Origin: Eledone cirrhosa
Lineage: Eukaryota
Direction: 5' to 3'
Length of the DNA: 64,000 nt
NCBI GenBank assembly: GCA_964016885.1
Contig: OZ024745.1
Location: forward strand, 22,816,001 to 22,880,000
Of this stretch, positions 29,960 to 45,415 are shown in pieces. The notes under the pieces are model-generated. The model saw nothing but the letters and a program-made list of their open reading frames with translations. It did not search any database and was not told the DNA's origin. The translations under genes were made by a program, and so were the position numbers. How positions within the stretch are numbered: position 1 is the stretch's first letter; the number at the start of each line of letters is the position of its first letter.

Positions 29960-31930
29960 ACACTACATACATAAACATACATAAACATACACACACAGAC
30001 ACACATACAGAGACAGAGACACATTGACACACTGACACATACAGACACACACACAGTCACACATACACAGACACACACACATACACATCCACACACAGAG
30101 ACACACACATACAGACACACACACACACAGACACACACGTACACATCCACACACACAGACACACACATACAGACACACACACAGACATCCACACACACAG
30201 ACACACACATACAGACACACACACACATACACACACACAGACACACACATAAAGACACACACACACACACATCCACACACATACAGACACACATACACAT
30301 CCACACACACAGACACACACACACACATCCACACACACAGACACACACATACAGACACACACAGACATCCACACACAGACACACACATACAGACACACAC
30401 ACACATACACACACACAGACACAAACATACAGACACACACACACACATCCACACACACAGACACACACATACAGACACACATACACATCCACACACACAG
30501 ACACATATACAGACAGACACACACACAGACATCCACACACACAAACACACACATACAGACACATACACACACAGACACACACACAGACACACACATACAG
30601 ACACACACACACACATCCACACACACAGAAACACACATACAGACACACACACACACATCCACACACACAGACACACACATACAGACACACACAGACATCC
30701 ACACACAGACACACACATACAGACACACACACACATACACACACACAGACACAAACATACAGACACACACACACACATCCACACACACAGACACACACAT
30801 ACAGACACACATACACATCCACACACACAGACACATATACAGACAGACACACACACAGACATCCACACACACAAACACACACATACAGACACATACACAC
30901 ACAGACACACACACAGACACACACATACAGACACACACACACACAGACACACACATACAGACACACACACAGACATCCACACACACAGACACACACATAC
31001 AGACACACACACAGACATCCACACACAGACACACACATACAGACACACACACACATACACACACACAGACACAAACATACAGACACACACACACACATCC
31101 ACACACACAGACACACACATACAGACACACATACACATCCACACGCACAGACACATATACAGACACACACACACACACATCCACACACACAGACACACAC
31201 ATACAGACACACACACAGACATCCACACACACAGACACACACATACAGACACACACACACACACATCCACACACACAGACACACACATACAGACACACAC
31301 ACACACAGACACACACATACAGACACACACACATATTCACACACACAGACACACCCATACAGACACACACAGACATCCACACACACAGACACACACATAC
31401 AGACACACACACACACACACACATCCACACACATACACACACACACACAGTAGCCGCCTGCTGGAGACATACAAGCACACACATCCATACACACACACAC
31501 ACACACACACACACGGTAACCGCCTGGTGGAGACACACACACACACACACATCCACACACACAAACAGACACTGTAGCCGCCTGGTGGAGACATACAAAC
31601 ACACACATCTACACACACAGACACACACACACACACAGACACGCACACAGACACTGTAGCCGCCTGGTGGAGACATACAAACACACACATCCACACACAC
31701 ACACACACTCACACACACTCACACACAGACACTGTAGCCGTCTGGTGGAGACATACAAACACACACATCCACACACACACACACACACACACTCACACAC
31801 ACTCACACACACACTCACACACACACGGTGACCGCCTGGTGGAGACACACTCACACACACATCCACACACACACACACTCACACACTCACACACACACAC
31901 ACACACACACGGTAGACGCCTGGTGGAGAC
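29960..31930. repeat. CA-based compound minisatellite ending in seven CCGCCTGGTGGAGAC-like motifs
   Basis: ACAG/ACATAC/ACATCC-punctuated CA repeats; motifs at about 31453, 31519, 31577, 31659, 31737, 31831, 31915. Confidence 0.9.
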
Positions 31931-32293
31931 ATAACTCATGCATATCAACGACAAGATCCAAGAACCACGGCAATGGTTATCACATTAAGAGACGTAGGGG
32001 GGGGGGGGGCTTGACGGGTGACTACACACTATTTCTCTCTCTCTCTATATATATATATATATGGGGGTATATGTGTGTGTATATATATATATATATATGT
32101 ATGTATACATATATATATGTGTTTATACATATATATATGTGTGTATACATATATATGTGTGTATACATATATATGTGTGTATACATATATATATGTGTTT
32201 ATACATATATATATGTATGTGTGTATATATATATATATGTGTGTTTATACATATATATATATGTATGTGTGTATATGTATATATACATACCAA

Positions 32294-32377
<84 letters not shown>

Positions 32378-33053
32378 CTGTATATATATATATTATATAT
32401 ATATGTGTATATAGATATATGGATATATATACAAACAATATATATATATGTGTGTGTACATATATATATATGTATATATATATATATACATCTATATATA
32501 CATATATATATATATATATATCTTCGTCCATATATGTGTATGTATGTGTTGGTGAGTGTAGTGTAGATATGTGTATAGATATGTGTGTAGTGTAGTGTAG
32601 ATATGTGTGTAGGCGAGTGAGGCGTATGAAATAAATAGACTGAAACAAGCAGTGTGTGAATGTGTGTGTGTATGTTTGTGTGAATGTGCGTGTATATATG
32701 TGTGAATATTTCTGTGAATGTGTATCTATATGTATGTGTATGTATGTATGAATGTCTATCTGTATGTGTGATGTACGTATGTGTGTGTGTGTGTATGTGT
32801 GTGTATATGTGTGCATGTGCTTGTCTGTGGGAGAAAGACAGGAAGAAGAAAATGAAAGAGTGTGACAGAGCGAGAAAAAAGACAGACGGATAACGAGAGA
32901 GGGGAGGGGGGAGAAAGAAGAGAGAGAGAGAGAAAGGGAGAGAGAGAGAGAAAGAGATAGAGAAAGAGACTGAAAGAAAGTAGGAGAGAAAAAGTGAGAC
33001 TGATGAAGCCATAGACTCACATACACACACATACACACACACAGACAGACATA

Positions 33054-33107
<54 letters not shown>

Positions 33108-33109
<2 letters not shown>

Positions 33110-33224
33110 AAAAAGTAAGACGCTGACGGCAGAGCTCAAGCCGTTTCGACGGGGTCTACTACCCTAAGTATTGAATACTCTGGTGCGTTAAGGTCCATCT
33201 GGTTCCTTACCACATTTCCTTCGT

Positions 33225-33225
<1 letters not shown>
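33108..33225 (+). mobile_element. Palindromic element copy 3, right arm deleted
   Basis: Left arm joins via GACGGGGTCTACTACCC directly to the tail. Confidence 0.7.
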
Positions 33226-33275
<50 letters not shown>

Positions 33276-33385
33276 ATATATATATACATATAAATACATC
33301 TTGCTTACATATAAATATATATATAGATATACAGTGGTAAAAACAATGAAACAAAAGGTAAAGAGTTTAAAGCAGATTTGTGGCT

Positions 33386-33492
<107 letters not shown>

Positions 33493-33543
33493 AGAGAGAG
33501 AGAGAGAGAGAGAGACAGAGCGAGGGGGGGGGGGTGAGAGAGA

Positions 33544-33583
<40 letters not shown>

Positions 33584-33860
33584 CAGAGAGAGAGTGAGAG
33601 AGAGAAGGAAATATATATATAAAACGAAAGCACAGACACAGACAGATAAACAAAGAGAAAAACAGAGAGATAGAGTGGAGAGGGGGAGAGAGGCGGGGAA
33701 TGGGGAGGGGAAAGAAGGTTGGGGGGAGAGAGAGGCGGTAAATAGGGAGATGAGGGTGAAGGGGTGAGAGAGGAGAGGAGGGATGATTACACGTGTTTTA
33801 CATGTCTTCAATTTCTGTTCCTTTTTTACACCTTTTTACAGTATTCATATGTGTTTTATG

Positions 33861-33946
<86 letters not shown>

Positions 33947-34010
33947 TAGATAGATAGATGGCGTAGGACAGAACAAAGGAGAGGCACAAAAACAAAGAAA
34001 AGAATCCCCA

Positions 34011-34053
34011 GTCACTGAAGAGGTCACAGAATGTGTGACGAAAGAACTTTGAC
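34011..34053 (+). ncRNA. Minimal hammerhead-like motif (imperfect)
   Basis: Stem I GTCA/TGAC; CTGAAGA; extra G then stem II GTCACA/TGTGAC; GAAA; 2-bp stem III; CTT site. Confidence 0.5.
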
Positions 34054-34220
34054 AATATATGAACAACCCTCCGGTTGTGGAACCAACCAACCAACCGGAA
34101 ATTTATAAATTCTTAAATTTATAAATTTAATTTATAATAAATTGGAGTGAAAGCAACTAGTGCGTGTGTTTCTTATTGGCAACATCACCCTCCCAAAGCA
34201 TAACAATATACATCTATCTA

Positions 34221-34294
<74 letters not shown>

Positions 34295-34336
34295 ATAAGA
34301 AACGGAGAATCAGTGGTGCGACTATTAAAATTTATT

Positions 34337-34433
34337 AGACATATTACAATCGTTTCTCTGGCGACCAGCTCGAGGTACGATCGATGTAATGATCGAAACT
34401 GACTCTGAAATCGCAAGATCCTCAGATACGTCT
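34337..34433 (-). ncRNA. Type I hammerhead ribozyme motif with long stem II
   Basis: Minus strand: AGACGTAT-CTGAGGA-TCTTGCGAT...GTCGCCAGA-GAAA-CGATTG-TA-ATATGTCT-AATAAA; 8-bp stem I; insert homologous to that of the 20-104 motif. Confidence 0.8.
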
Positions 34434-34462
34434 CGATTCTTCGAAGCAGAATTTCCAAAATC

Positions 34463-34595
<133 letters not shown>

Positions 34596-34692
34596 CGTGC
34601 GCGTGCGTGCGTGTGCGTGCGTGCGTGTGTGTGTGTGTGTGAAGCCTATATTATGCAAAATGGATTTTTACAACAATTTATTCGGAAATTTT

Positions 34693-34754
34693 CCATTACA
34701 ATAGTTTCGCCGCAATGTGTTGGTTCCATAGTATCAATCCAGCTCTTCAAATCG
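34693..34754 (-). ncRNA. Degenerate hammerhead motif (core C3 to T)
   Basis: Minus strand: TTGAAGA-GCTG...CGGC-GAAA-CTATTG-TA; weak stem I; AATAAA about 10 nt downstream. Confidence 0.45.
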
Positions 34755-35801
34755 TCTTGCCAACATGGTTGTGACTGAACTACAGCCTGGCATTATCTAA
34801 GCCCAGCTCCACACTGGATGTGGTAAGGGAGACATTGTATTTATATCTAAAATACCGCTAATACCAACAGATGTCTGTACTGTGCTCAAATCTGTTCTCA
34901 TCTGTCGTAATGTCCATTTTCCTTAGAATAAAGGATGTTAAAAGTTATTTAAATATTGCATAGAATATTTTTATTTATTGGCGCAGCTTGGACTGCCTGT
35001 GTATCTTGATGAACCTTGAAATATCTCTTTAGACTCCCTTAAGAATTACATTACAGATCTTGTGGCATTGATAAGAGTGAACCGTTTTTTTGTTGTTGTT
35101 TTTTTTTCTATAATCAGTGCTCTTATGTGACATTGAACTCCACCTCTGACTGACAGATTCTCATACAAACTCTACAAGTAGAAAGAGTTCCATTAATTTC
35201 ATATTTCCTTAATGGCTTTTTTTTTCTTGTATTCCTCTTAATATTTTCATACATCCATACATGTATACACACATTTAACTGCAAATATAACAAGCCTCAT
35301 ACAGGTGTTTTGAAAAGAAAATTCATGCACTGCCTTAGAGAAAAGGTACCCTGCTCTTGTGAACATATTTTTTCAAAATAACAAAATTTACCTTCACAGT
35401 TATACCGATATTAGTTGCTTTATTTGGTTACGTTAGTAAATACCGAAATAGTAAACTGAAAAAGAAAAGATGTTCATATTAACAGTAAAAATATGCAAGA
35501 CTTTACTAAATTTCAGCTTGTCACATTCACTGTTTTTGTTACCTAAACTCTAACGATGAACTTTTTTTCTGGTTTAGAAATGTAAAAGTCAAATAACTAA
35601 AAAATCAAAAAAAATTTATGTACTTACATGTCTTCTTGAAACATTCATTTTGATTTTTCTAATAACTAGAATATATGCAGCTCACCACCACACCTGCATA
35701 AACAAGTGTTTTTATGTCACACATGTACATTTTCCTATTTATATACATACATTAACATATATCCACTTGTGTGTGTGTTGCATGTTTACCATATATATAT
35801 A

Positions 35802-35858
35802 GTTCAGAAATAGCCGTCCAAACGGCTTGAGCTCTGCCGTCGGGGTCATACATTTTCC
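35802..35858 (-). mobile_element. Palindromic element copy 4, single arm
   Basis: GAAATAGCCGTCCAAACGGCTTGAGCTCTGCCGTCGGGGTCATACATTTTCC between TA runs. Confidence 0.7.
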
Positions 35859-36038
35859 TATATATATATATATATATATAATAATAATAAATTTGAAGAC
35901 TAAAATCCAAAGAGGGCTCGATAAGGATAAATATATATCAAATATATAAGAACCGTACAGCAAATATTTATTAAAATAACAGATTAAAGTTTAAGCAAAG
36001 AATCGCTGCTTTCACCCTTAACGGGATCTTCTGAAACA

Positions 36039-36102
<64 letters not shown>

Positions 36103-36143
36103 CAAAATATTAACAAATGAAAAATATTCTCATAATCAGAATA

Positions 36144-36213
36144 TATACTTTATTATATATATTTCAGAGGTACTGTGTTGTTTTTTCAGTACGTCCTCAT
36201 CAGACAAAATATA
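36144..36213 (-). ncRNA. Type I hammerhead ribozyme motif, intact core
   Basis: Minus strand: TATATTTTGT-CTGATGA-GGA-C-GTACTG...CAGTAC-C-TCT-GAAA-TATATA-TA-ATAAAGTATA; 10-bp stem I and palindromic stem III. Confidence 0.85.
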
Positions 36214-37044
36214 TGATTTGATATATGACATACCGCTACGGTCTTGATTATTCAATTTCAGTATTGTTGAGTGCTTCTAATCTATTGTAAAATTGTATTC
36301 ATTGAGTATTCAACGAACCATACTAATCTTTAGTTGTATATATATATATATATTAAAAACCAAAAAAACACTCCAAATCATTTTATTAATTTTTACGTTC
36401 GTTTCAATTTTAACGAAATAAAATTGCGAAATTGCAGATTAATTAATTAATCTATCAGATCAATATAACATTAGCAATCACATAAAATCTCATCATTAGA
36501 TCTGGAGAATGTCCTCAAAGACACCAAGATTGGGCCATAAAATGATAACATTTAGTAAATAAAACACTATATTTCTTCTTATATATATAAACTTTATTAC
36601 AGCTTTGAGGACCTTTTTATGGCTTTAATCAAATGATGCTTAAAACTTACGTTTTCAATAACCCATCTAATGGAATGTCATGCATATTTGCTTTAAAAAA
36701 AGACATCTATATTTTTATCATGGATTGGTATCTTTTTGGACATGCATTCCCCAAATCAAATATCGATTTCCTAGAAAGATTTTATGTTATGCGATTGCTA
36801 TTGTTTTATTGATTGATAAATCTGCAAATCATTATTTTTTTCATTTTCACAATTGCAATTTGTTAAAACTGAAACGAACGTAAAAATTAATAAAAGGATT
36901 TGAAGTATAATCTTTGGGATTTTTTCACTTTATCAGAATTATTATGCTCTTTCATTTTTCCATAAGCAATTAAATCATTATGCTTTCTCTGTAATGGACA
37001 AGTGATACACCCACACCTTTTCATATATATATATATATATATAT

Positions 37045-37243
37045 AAATGAGTCAGGACCCCAACGGCTGAGCTCTTGCCGTTTCAACAACTAGTTCCAGA
37101 CGAGTCTGGAACTAGTTGTTGAAACGCAGGAGCTCAGCCGTTGTGGTCCTGATTAGTTTACATAACCATACTCTACTACCCCAAGTATTGAGTACTGTGG
37201 TGAGTAATGGTCTAACTGGTTTCTAACTGAATCCATCTTCATT
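37045..37243 (+). mobile_element. Palindromic element copy 5, diverged
   Basis: Arms ...GTTTCAACAACTAGTTCCAGAC/GTCTGGAACTAGTTGTTGAAAC... with recognisable tail CTCTACTACCCCAAGTATTGAGTAC. Confidence 0.75.
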
Positions 37244-37442
37244 TATATATATACATATACGTGTGTATGTATATGTGTGTGTGTGTGTACAAGTATATAT
37301 GTGTACGCCTTGTATATTACAATGTACATAAGTGTGTCTCCGTGTTTAATATATTCCATGTGTATATTTCTATTTGTCTACACATTTGTAGACTGTTGCA
37401 TGAGTTGGTGTGTATATATAATTATATATATCAATGTATATA

Positions 37443-37544
<102 letters not shown>

Positions 37545-37583
37545 CATATATATATATATATATACATATATACATATATATAT

Positions 37584-37649
<66 letters not shown>

Positions 37650-37698
37650 ATATATATATATATACATATATGTATATATATATATGTTTATATATATG

Positions 37699-37783
<85 letters not shown>

Positions 37784-38496
37784 GTATATATATATATGTT
37801 TATATATATATATATATGTGTGTGTATATATATATGTGTGTGTGTGTGTATATATATTATATATATACATGTTGGTATTGTTATCTAACATTCAGTGTTT
37901 TACGAAATACAGTTAATAATATGTTTACTGGTCTACATCACCTCGGATGTGTGTGTATATGTTTGTGTGTGTATATGTGTTTGTGTGTATATGTGTTTGT
38001 GTGTGTGTATATGTGTTTGTGTGTGTGAATATGTGTTTGTATATGTGTTTGTGTGTATGTATATGTGTTTGTGTCTATGTATATGTGTTTGTATGTATAT
38101 GTGTTTGTGTCTATGTATATGTGTTTGTGTGTGTATATAAGGTTGTGTGTATGTATATGTGTTTGTGTGTATGTATGTGTTTGTGTGTGTCTGTATATGT
38201 GTGTATGTGTGTAATTGTGTGTGTCTGTATGTGTGTGTATGTGTGTGTATGTGTTTGTATGTGTGTGTATGTGTGTGTATGTGTGTGTGTGTATGTGTGT
38301 GTGTCTGTATGTGTGTGTATGTGTGTGTATGTGTGTGTATATGTGTATATGTGTGTATGTGTGTATGTGTGTATGTGTGTATGTGTGTGTGTGTATGTGT
38401 GTGTGTGTATGTGTGCGTTGATTCCTGTAATGCGGGTACATCTCTGACTAACATGTCATGTAAGGGCGTATTTACATATGATTAAGATTCGTGAAT

Positions 38497-38591
<95 letters not shown>

Positions 38592-38681
38592 CTCTGTATC
38601 TCTCTCTCCCACTCTCTTTTCCCCTCTTACTCTCTCTCTCTTTCTCTCTTACTCCTTTCTCTCTCTCTCTCTTTTTGTGTA

Positions 38682-38778
<97 letters not shown>

Positions 38779-39299
38779 GTACACATACAACCGTACGCTC
38801 GTATGTTTCTGTTTAAATATCTGTGTAAAGATACAAGTTTCGTTATGTACGAGTGTGTGTGTGTTTGTGTGTATGTGTGTGTGTGTATGTGTGTGTGCGC
38901 GCGTGTGTGTGTGTGTGTGTATGCGTGTGTGTGTATGTGTGCGCGTGTGTGTGTGCGCGTGTGTGTCTATGTGTATTTGTGTGTGTGTGTGTGTTTGTAT
39001 GTGTGGGTGTATGTATTTGTGTTTGTGTGTGTGTAAGAATATTCGTGGATGAGTTTTCACGTGGATGCGTGTTTAAGATGTAGACGCTGTTGTGTGTTGG
39101 TCTGGTTACAAGAGCTATGGAGCCTCTCTTATATTCTAAACGAGAGTCACATCGTTTCATGCCCGACAGAGAAGAGATTATTTTTCAATGTATCCTCAAA
39201 TATTCAAACATTTGATAATTGCTTACAATAAAACACACACATTGAGTGACACATAAGCACACATAAGCACTTGCATGTATACACACGTGTACGAACTCG

Positions 39300-39415
<116 letters not shown>

Positions 39416-39507
39416 ATATATATATACCACGCTCTATGTGTATATAAAAATATATAATGTATATGTTATGTTGGTATGTATATATAATTATATATATACA
39501 TATATAT

Positions 39508-39569
<62 letters not shown>

Positions 39570-39574
39570 CTGGA

Positions 39575-39621
<47 letters not shown>

Positions 39622-40484
39622 TATGAAATGATGCAGCTTCGAAATGCTATGAAAATAAGAATTCTTTCTTGAAATTAGCAAATAAGAGACCCAGCGGGGT
39701 TAGCCAATGTAATTTGACAGTTCACTTGCCCATATAATTGTTTAAAACATCATAATAGCTAATTTCACTTGATTTTCGTTTGGTTGTTTGTTTGTTTCCT
39801 TATTTCTCTGCTTCACTTTCTTCTTTCTGCTCTGTAATTTCATCACATACGTTTTCAATTTAAAAAATTTTTACTTTGAACGCCACATGTCACAGTATTG
39901 TCAGACTTTTAACAATAAGGTTTTTACTTGTGTTCATATGATGTCTACAAACCTTTTTCCAAAATGGAGGAAATTCCAAACATGTTTTTAACGAAATATT
40001 AAATTATTATAATATATTTTTTAAGAGGCATGCAACAAGTTTTCAAAAGAGAGAAAATATTCCTTATGAGAATGTCTATAACCTGGAATTGATTTCGAAT
40101 AGATTCGTCCAGTAAAAGACGACCAACCAATATAAACAAACTGGATAATTATTGAAATAAACATTTATTTATTTCTCCATGTATTTGTTTCTTTGTCTAC
40201 GTTTGAAATAATTCATGTTTTTTCTTGTCAGCCGTAAATGAAAATTGTAAAAGGAAGAAAAAATAGTTTGATTTCAAATATCAATAACTGTAATATTGAT
40301 TTCAAACATAGATACAAGGGCTCAAAGAGGTTAGTCAATTAAATCGACCCCACTTTTTAACTGGTTCATTTCTTTATCGATATGACTATGATAAAAAGAA
40401 AGTTTGATTCCGGCAACATTTGAATAGAAAACGTAACAAAAAGAGTAACTTTTATTGGATAAAATTTGCTCCGGACATAACACC

Positions 40485-40575
40485 CGTGTCTGAAAGAACC
40501 CGCAGAAGTAGAATCAGCCAGATCCATACAAGGACCATGACTCGAGCTACATGCCGGCGAAACATTTGTAACACG
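40485..40575 (+). ncRNA. Degenerate long-stem-II hammerhead motif
   Basis: Stem I CGTGT/ACACG; core CTGAAAGA (1-nt insertion); GAAA-CATTTG-TA; AATAAA 40577; insert carries TAGAATC..GATC.ATACA...CTCGAGCT like the other two. Confidence 0.6.
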
Positions 40576-40667
40576 AAATAAACTAAGTCCAGATGCATCA
40601 CTGATTTTTCGTTTTCTTTATAATATATATATATAGAGATAGATAGATAGATAGATAGATAGATATA

Positions 40668-41021
40668 TTTCTTTATTAGCCACAGGGGCACAAAAGAAGG
40701 GGACAAATACAAAGGGGGAAGTTTACATACAATAAAAACGTGTAAAATGTTATCACAGATGGAATTTAAAAGTTAGTCGATTTTCCCCAATAGAGGGAGA
40801 CAGTTTATATGGGTAACACATACCCCCGAAAAAAATGTGCAACCCTCATCTCCAGGAGTACGAAGAGCTTGTACTCCTTTCCTCTCCTCCTCCTTTTCCT
40901 CAATCTACAGGCTGATATAGAGAGAAGGCCCATTCACTCGGGCCATTCTCGCCACTTTCACCCACCTTTCATAAAACTTGCTGGGGTACAGCACCTCTCT
41001 CTCCATCCTGATTCTTCTTCC

Positions 41022-41022
<1 letters not shown>
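40668..41022 (-). mobile_element. L1/Tx1-like LINE 3' fragment
   Basis: Minus strand encodes RIRMEREVLYPSKFYERWVKVARMARVNGPSLYISL*, then a 3'UTR with AATAAA; inserted in a (TAGA)n tract. Confidence 0.5.
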
Positions 41023-41062
<40 letters not shown>

Positions 41063-42286
41063 CAAAACACTGAGGCAAACATGCTGGTATTCGTTAACTC
41101 AGGTAGTAATTAAAGGTGATTTTGACACGTGGTTCGATGCGTTGGGTTATAGCCTATAAAATCTGTATTATATAAGCCATTATCCCATACTGAGACTGAG
41201 ACTATTATTTTCTAAGCATCTCTTCAGAGAAAAGTTCCCAAAAATATGATTCAGCATTCATATTTATTAAAATCATATTTTGGATTTAACAAACGTAAAG
41301 AGTTTGTACAAATGTCGCAAAATATGGCTTCTGACACTCAAACGATCGTGCCAATTCACAACCAGAAGATAATCGTGACATTGACTCCCGGATTGACACT
41401 TCGTAAGTCATTCGTCTGTTTAATTCGACACTCATAATGAGTTTAGTTACGTCCCTTCCTAAGACGCTATATTCAACGCAACACAAGTTCTCCAACTTAA
41501 TAAACTAGAATATGCTACCTTCTAGTAGATGTTCATCTGTGTCAAATTTCCTTCTAAATCAGAAATTGCAACAGAAACAACATATCAAAATTTGTGACAA
41601 GTTTAAATAACTTAGACTTTCATAAATTCTATTATGCTTTTTTCTCTTATTGCAATATATACTGGAAAGGGTGTACTGAATAATTTATTATATAATGCAG
41701 CAAAAGATGTGTGAGTGAGTTTGTGTTTAAAACTGCATATGTGTATAGACTAAACTCTATAGGAATGTAAAATTATGTCGAAATAAAGTCAAAATAAAAG
41801 CAAAAAAGATACGTACATTGACACATGTACATACTCACATACACATATATACACAAGCGCACATATACACAAGCACACATTCATAACATACTACGTGTAT
41901 ATTTCAGTACTTTCAAACATAAACAATCAATCACCCTTACCTACACACATTTTAACAAACACATACATATACTAATACACACATACACACACACACATAT
42001 ATATATATACATATATAATTAATCTCATGACGAGTATATATTCTATACACCCCAAAATTGCATAATTTTGCAAATATTATTCATTATATTCATGTGCATA
42101 TGCAAATATATGTACAAAAGTATCTACTAATGCATATATGTACACTCTCATACACACATATGTGTATATATATGTGTTTTTTTTCTGTATATGTGTATTT
42201 ACATATATTTATATGTGTCTGTAAGTTTATATATATATATATATATATGTTTCTGTGTGTGTGTTTTTGTGTTTGTACTTATATAG

Positions 42287-42393
<107 letters not shown>

Positions 42394-42395
42394 AT

Positions 42396-42427
<32 letters not shown>

Positions 42428-42429
42428 CA

Positions 42430-42468
<39 letters not shown>

Positions 42469-42475
42469 ATATATA

Positions 42476-42540
<65 letters not shown>

Positions 42541-42731
42541 ATATATGTGTGTATATATAATCTTATAGCTATATATAAGCATATATATATCCACACACCT
42601 ACACACACACCTATAGATATTATATATATGTGTGTGTGTGTATATATATATATACATACACACACACACGCGCACACACACACGCGCACACACACATATA
42701 TATATATATAAATACACATATATATAAATAC

Positions 42732-42792
<61 letters not shown>

Positions 42793-42813
42793 CATACTTA
42801 TACACACACACAC

Positions 42814-42892
<79 letters not shown>

Positions 42893-43175
42893 TATATGTA
42901 CACCACATATATAAATATATATATATGTACATAGAAATTTATCCAATCGCTACGAAGCAGACATCTGGTGATTCTCACATTAATTAAGGAGACGCAGCAC
43001 GTAGATAGGTGGGGTGTCGGGGGAGGGGGAAGTGAGGTACAGACTGCTTTTATCTCTCGTTGTCACATTTCTTCTTCCTCTCTTCCTTTCTCCTTTTCTT
43101 TTCTTCTTGCTTTCCGTTTGTCCGTCTGTCTCTAGTCTGTATATGTCTTTCTGTCTGTGTATGTATGTATTGTTT

Positions 43176-43501
<326 letters not shown>

Positions 43502-43523
43502 ATATATACATATAAATATATAC

Positions 43524-43934
43524 CCGGGAGAGATGACCCCTTAGCCTTTGTCAAGGCAGAATTCTAGGAGAAGGAAAACTCTGATATAACACCTGCAACC
43601 CTGATGGTATCCAATGATGTTGACTTATTCTTCTTTTTGGTAAATATCATCTTGGTTAAGAGAGTGGGACTGGCTTTGTGCACTGCCTTTGCTCACTATA
43701 AAAGCTTCACGGCACAGGCATTGCTTTATATCTGGAGATCTCTCTGCACTTGTCGTCACATGGTACCATGGGCCCAGCACTATGTGTCAATAATTGTTAC
43801 AAGTGTAGTGTTTGTACCAGAGTTTTCAAGTCGCAGGCTGGACTAAAAAGTCACACTTGTTCAGCGCATCGGTAGGGGTTCTCCTACATGGAAATAAAGT
43901 AGTGGCCGTACTCGAAAACGAGTTGGCAGCCACC
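43524..43934 (+). mobile_element. Bipartite RTE derivative, 5'-truncated copy 4
   Basis: Matches copies 1-3; followed by about 770 bp of (TATG)n. Confidence 0.75.
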
Positions 43935-43997
<63 letters not shown>

Positions 43998-44053
43998 TGT
44001 ATGTATGTATGTATGTATGTATGTATGTATATGTATGTATGTATGTATATATG

Positions 44054-44087
<34 letters not shown>

Positions 44088-44209
44088 TGTATGTATGTAT
44101 GTATGTATGTATGTATGTATGTATATGTATATATGTATATGTATGTATGTATGTATGTATATGTATATATGTATATGTATGTATGTTTGTATATGTATGT
44201 ATGTATATG

Positions 44210-44243
<34 letters not shown>

Positions 44244-44331
44244 TGTATGTATGTATGTATGTATGTATGTATGTATATGTATATATGTATGTATGTATAT
44301 ATGTATGTATGTATGTATATGTATGTATATG

Positions 44332-44365
<34 letters not shown>

Positions 44366-44391
44366 TGTATGTATGTATGTATGTATGTATG

Positions 44392-44423
<32 letters not shown>

Positions 44424-44533
44424 TGTATGTATGTATATGTATGTATGTATGTATGTATGTATATGTATATATGTATATGTATGTATGTATATGTATATAT
44501 GTATATGTATGTATGTATGTATATTTACGTATG

Positions 44534-44565
<32 letters not shown>

Positions 44566-44575
44566 TGTATGTATG

Positions 44576-44609
<34 letters not shown>

Positions 44610-44799
44610 TGTATGTATGTATGTATGTATGTATATATGTATGTATATATGTATGTATGTATGTATATGTATGTATGTATGTGTATGTATGTATGTATGT
44701 ATTTCTTTACATTTATCACTTCAGGCGTTCGTCTCCTCCAACCAATATGTCTGCCGTAACAAATAACGACGCTGCTGACAATGATGAAAGAAAGTAATG

Positions 44800-44812
44800 A
44801 GTAATGATGACA

Positions 44813-44849
<37 letters not shown>

Positions 44850-45020
44850 TGCTGTTCCGGACATTGTCGGCAATGATAGTGATGATGATGATGGTGATGA
44901 TGATGTTGATAATGATGATGGTGATGGTGATGATGATGATGATGATGATGATGGTGGTGATGATTTTGATGATGGTGATGATGTTGATGATGGTGATGAT
45001 GATGATGGTGGTGGTGGTGG

Positions 45021-45052
<32 letters not shown>

Positions 45053-45212
45053 GTGATGGTGATGGTGGTGGTGGTGGTGATTGTGAAGATGATGATGATA
45101 ATGATGATGATGATGATGATGGAGACGATGATGATGATGGTGGTGGCGGTGGTGGTGATGGTGGTGGTGGTGGTGGTGGTGGTGGTGGTGGTGGCGGTGG
45201 TGGTGGTGAAGA

Positions 45213-45244
<32 letters not shown>

Positions 45245-45415
45245 CTGGTGAAGATCATGATGATGATGATGATGATGGTGGCGGTGGTGGTGGTGATGGT
45301 GGCGGTGGTGGTGGTGATGATGGTTATGATTATGTTGGTGGTGGTGATTGTGAAGATGATGATGATGATGTTGGTGGTGGTGGTGGTGATGATGACGGAG
45401 ATGATGATGATAATG
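44800..45415. repeat. (GAT/GGT)n low-complexity tract
   Basis: Trinucleotide mosaic. Confidence 0.9.

Noticed and set aside
31453-31930. CRISPR-like repeat-spacer array
   Set aside because: Repeats are 16 bp, spacers are CA microsatellite of variable length, no cas genes, eukaryotic context.
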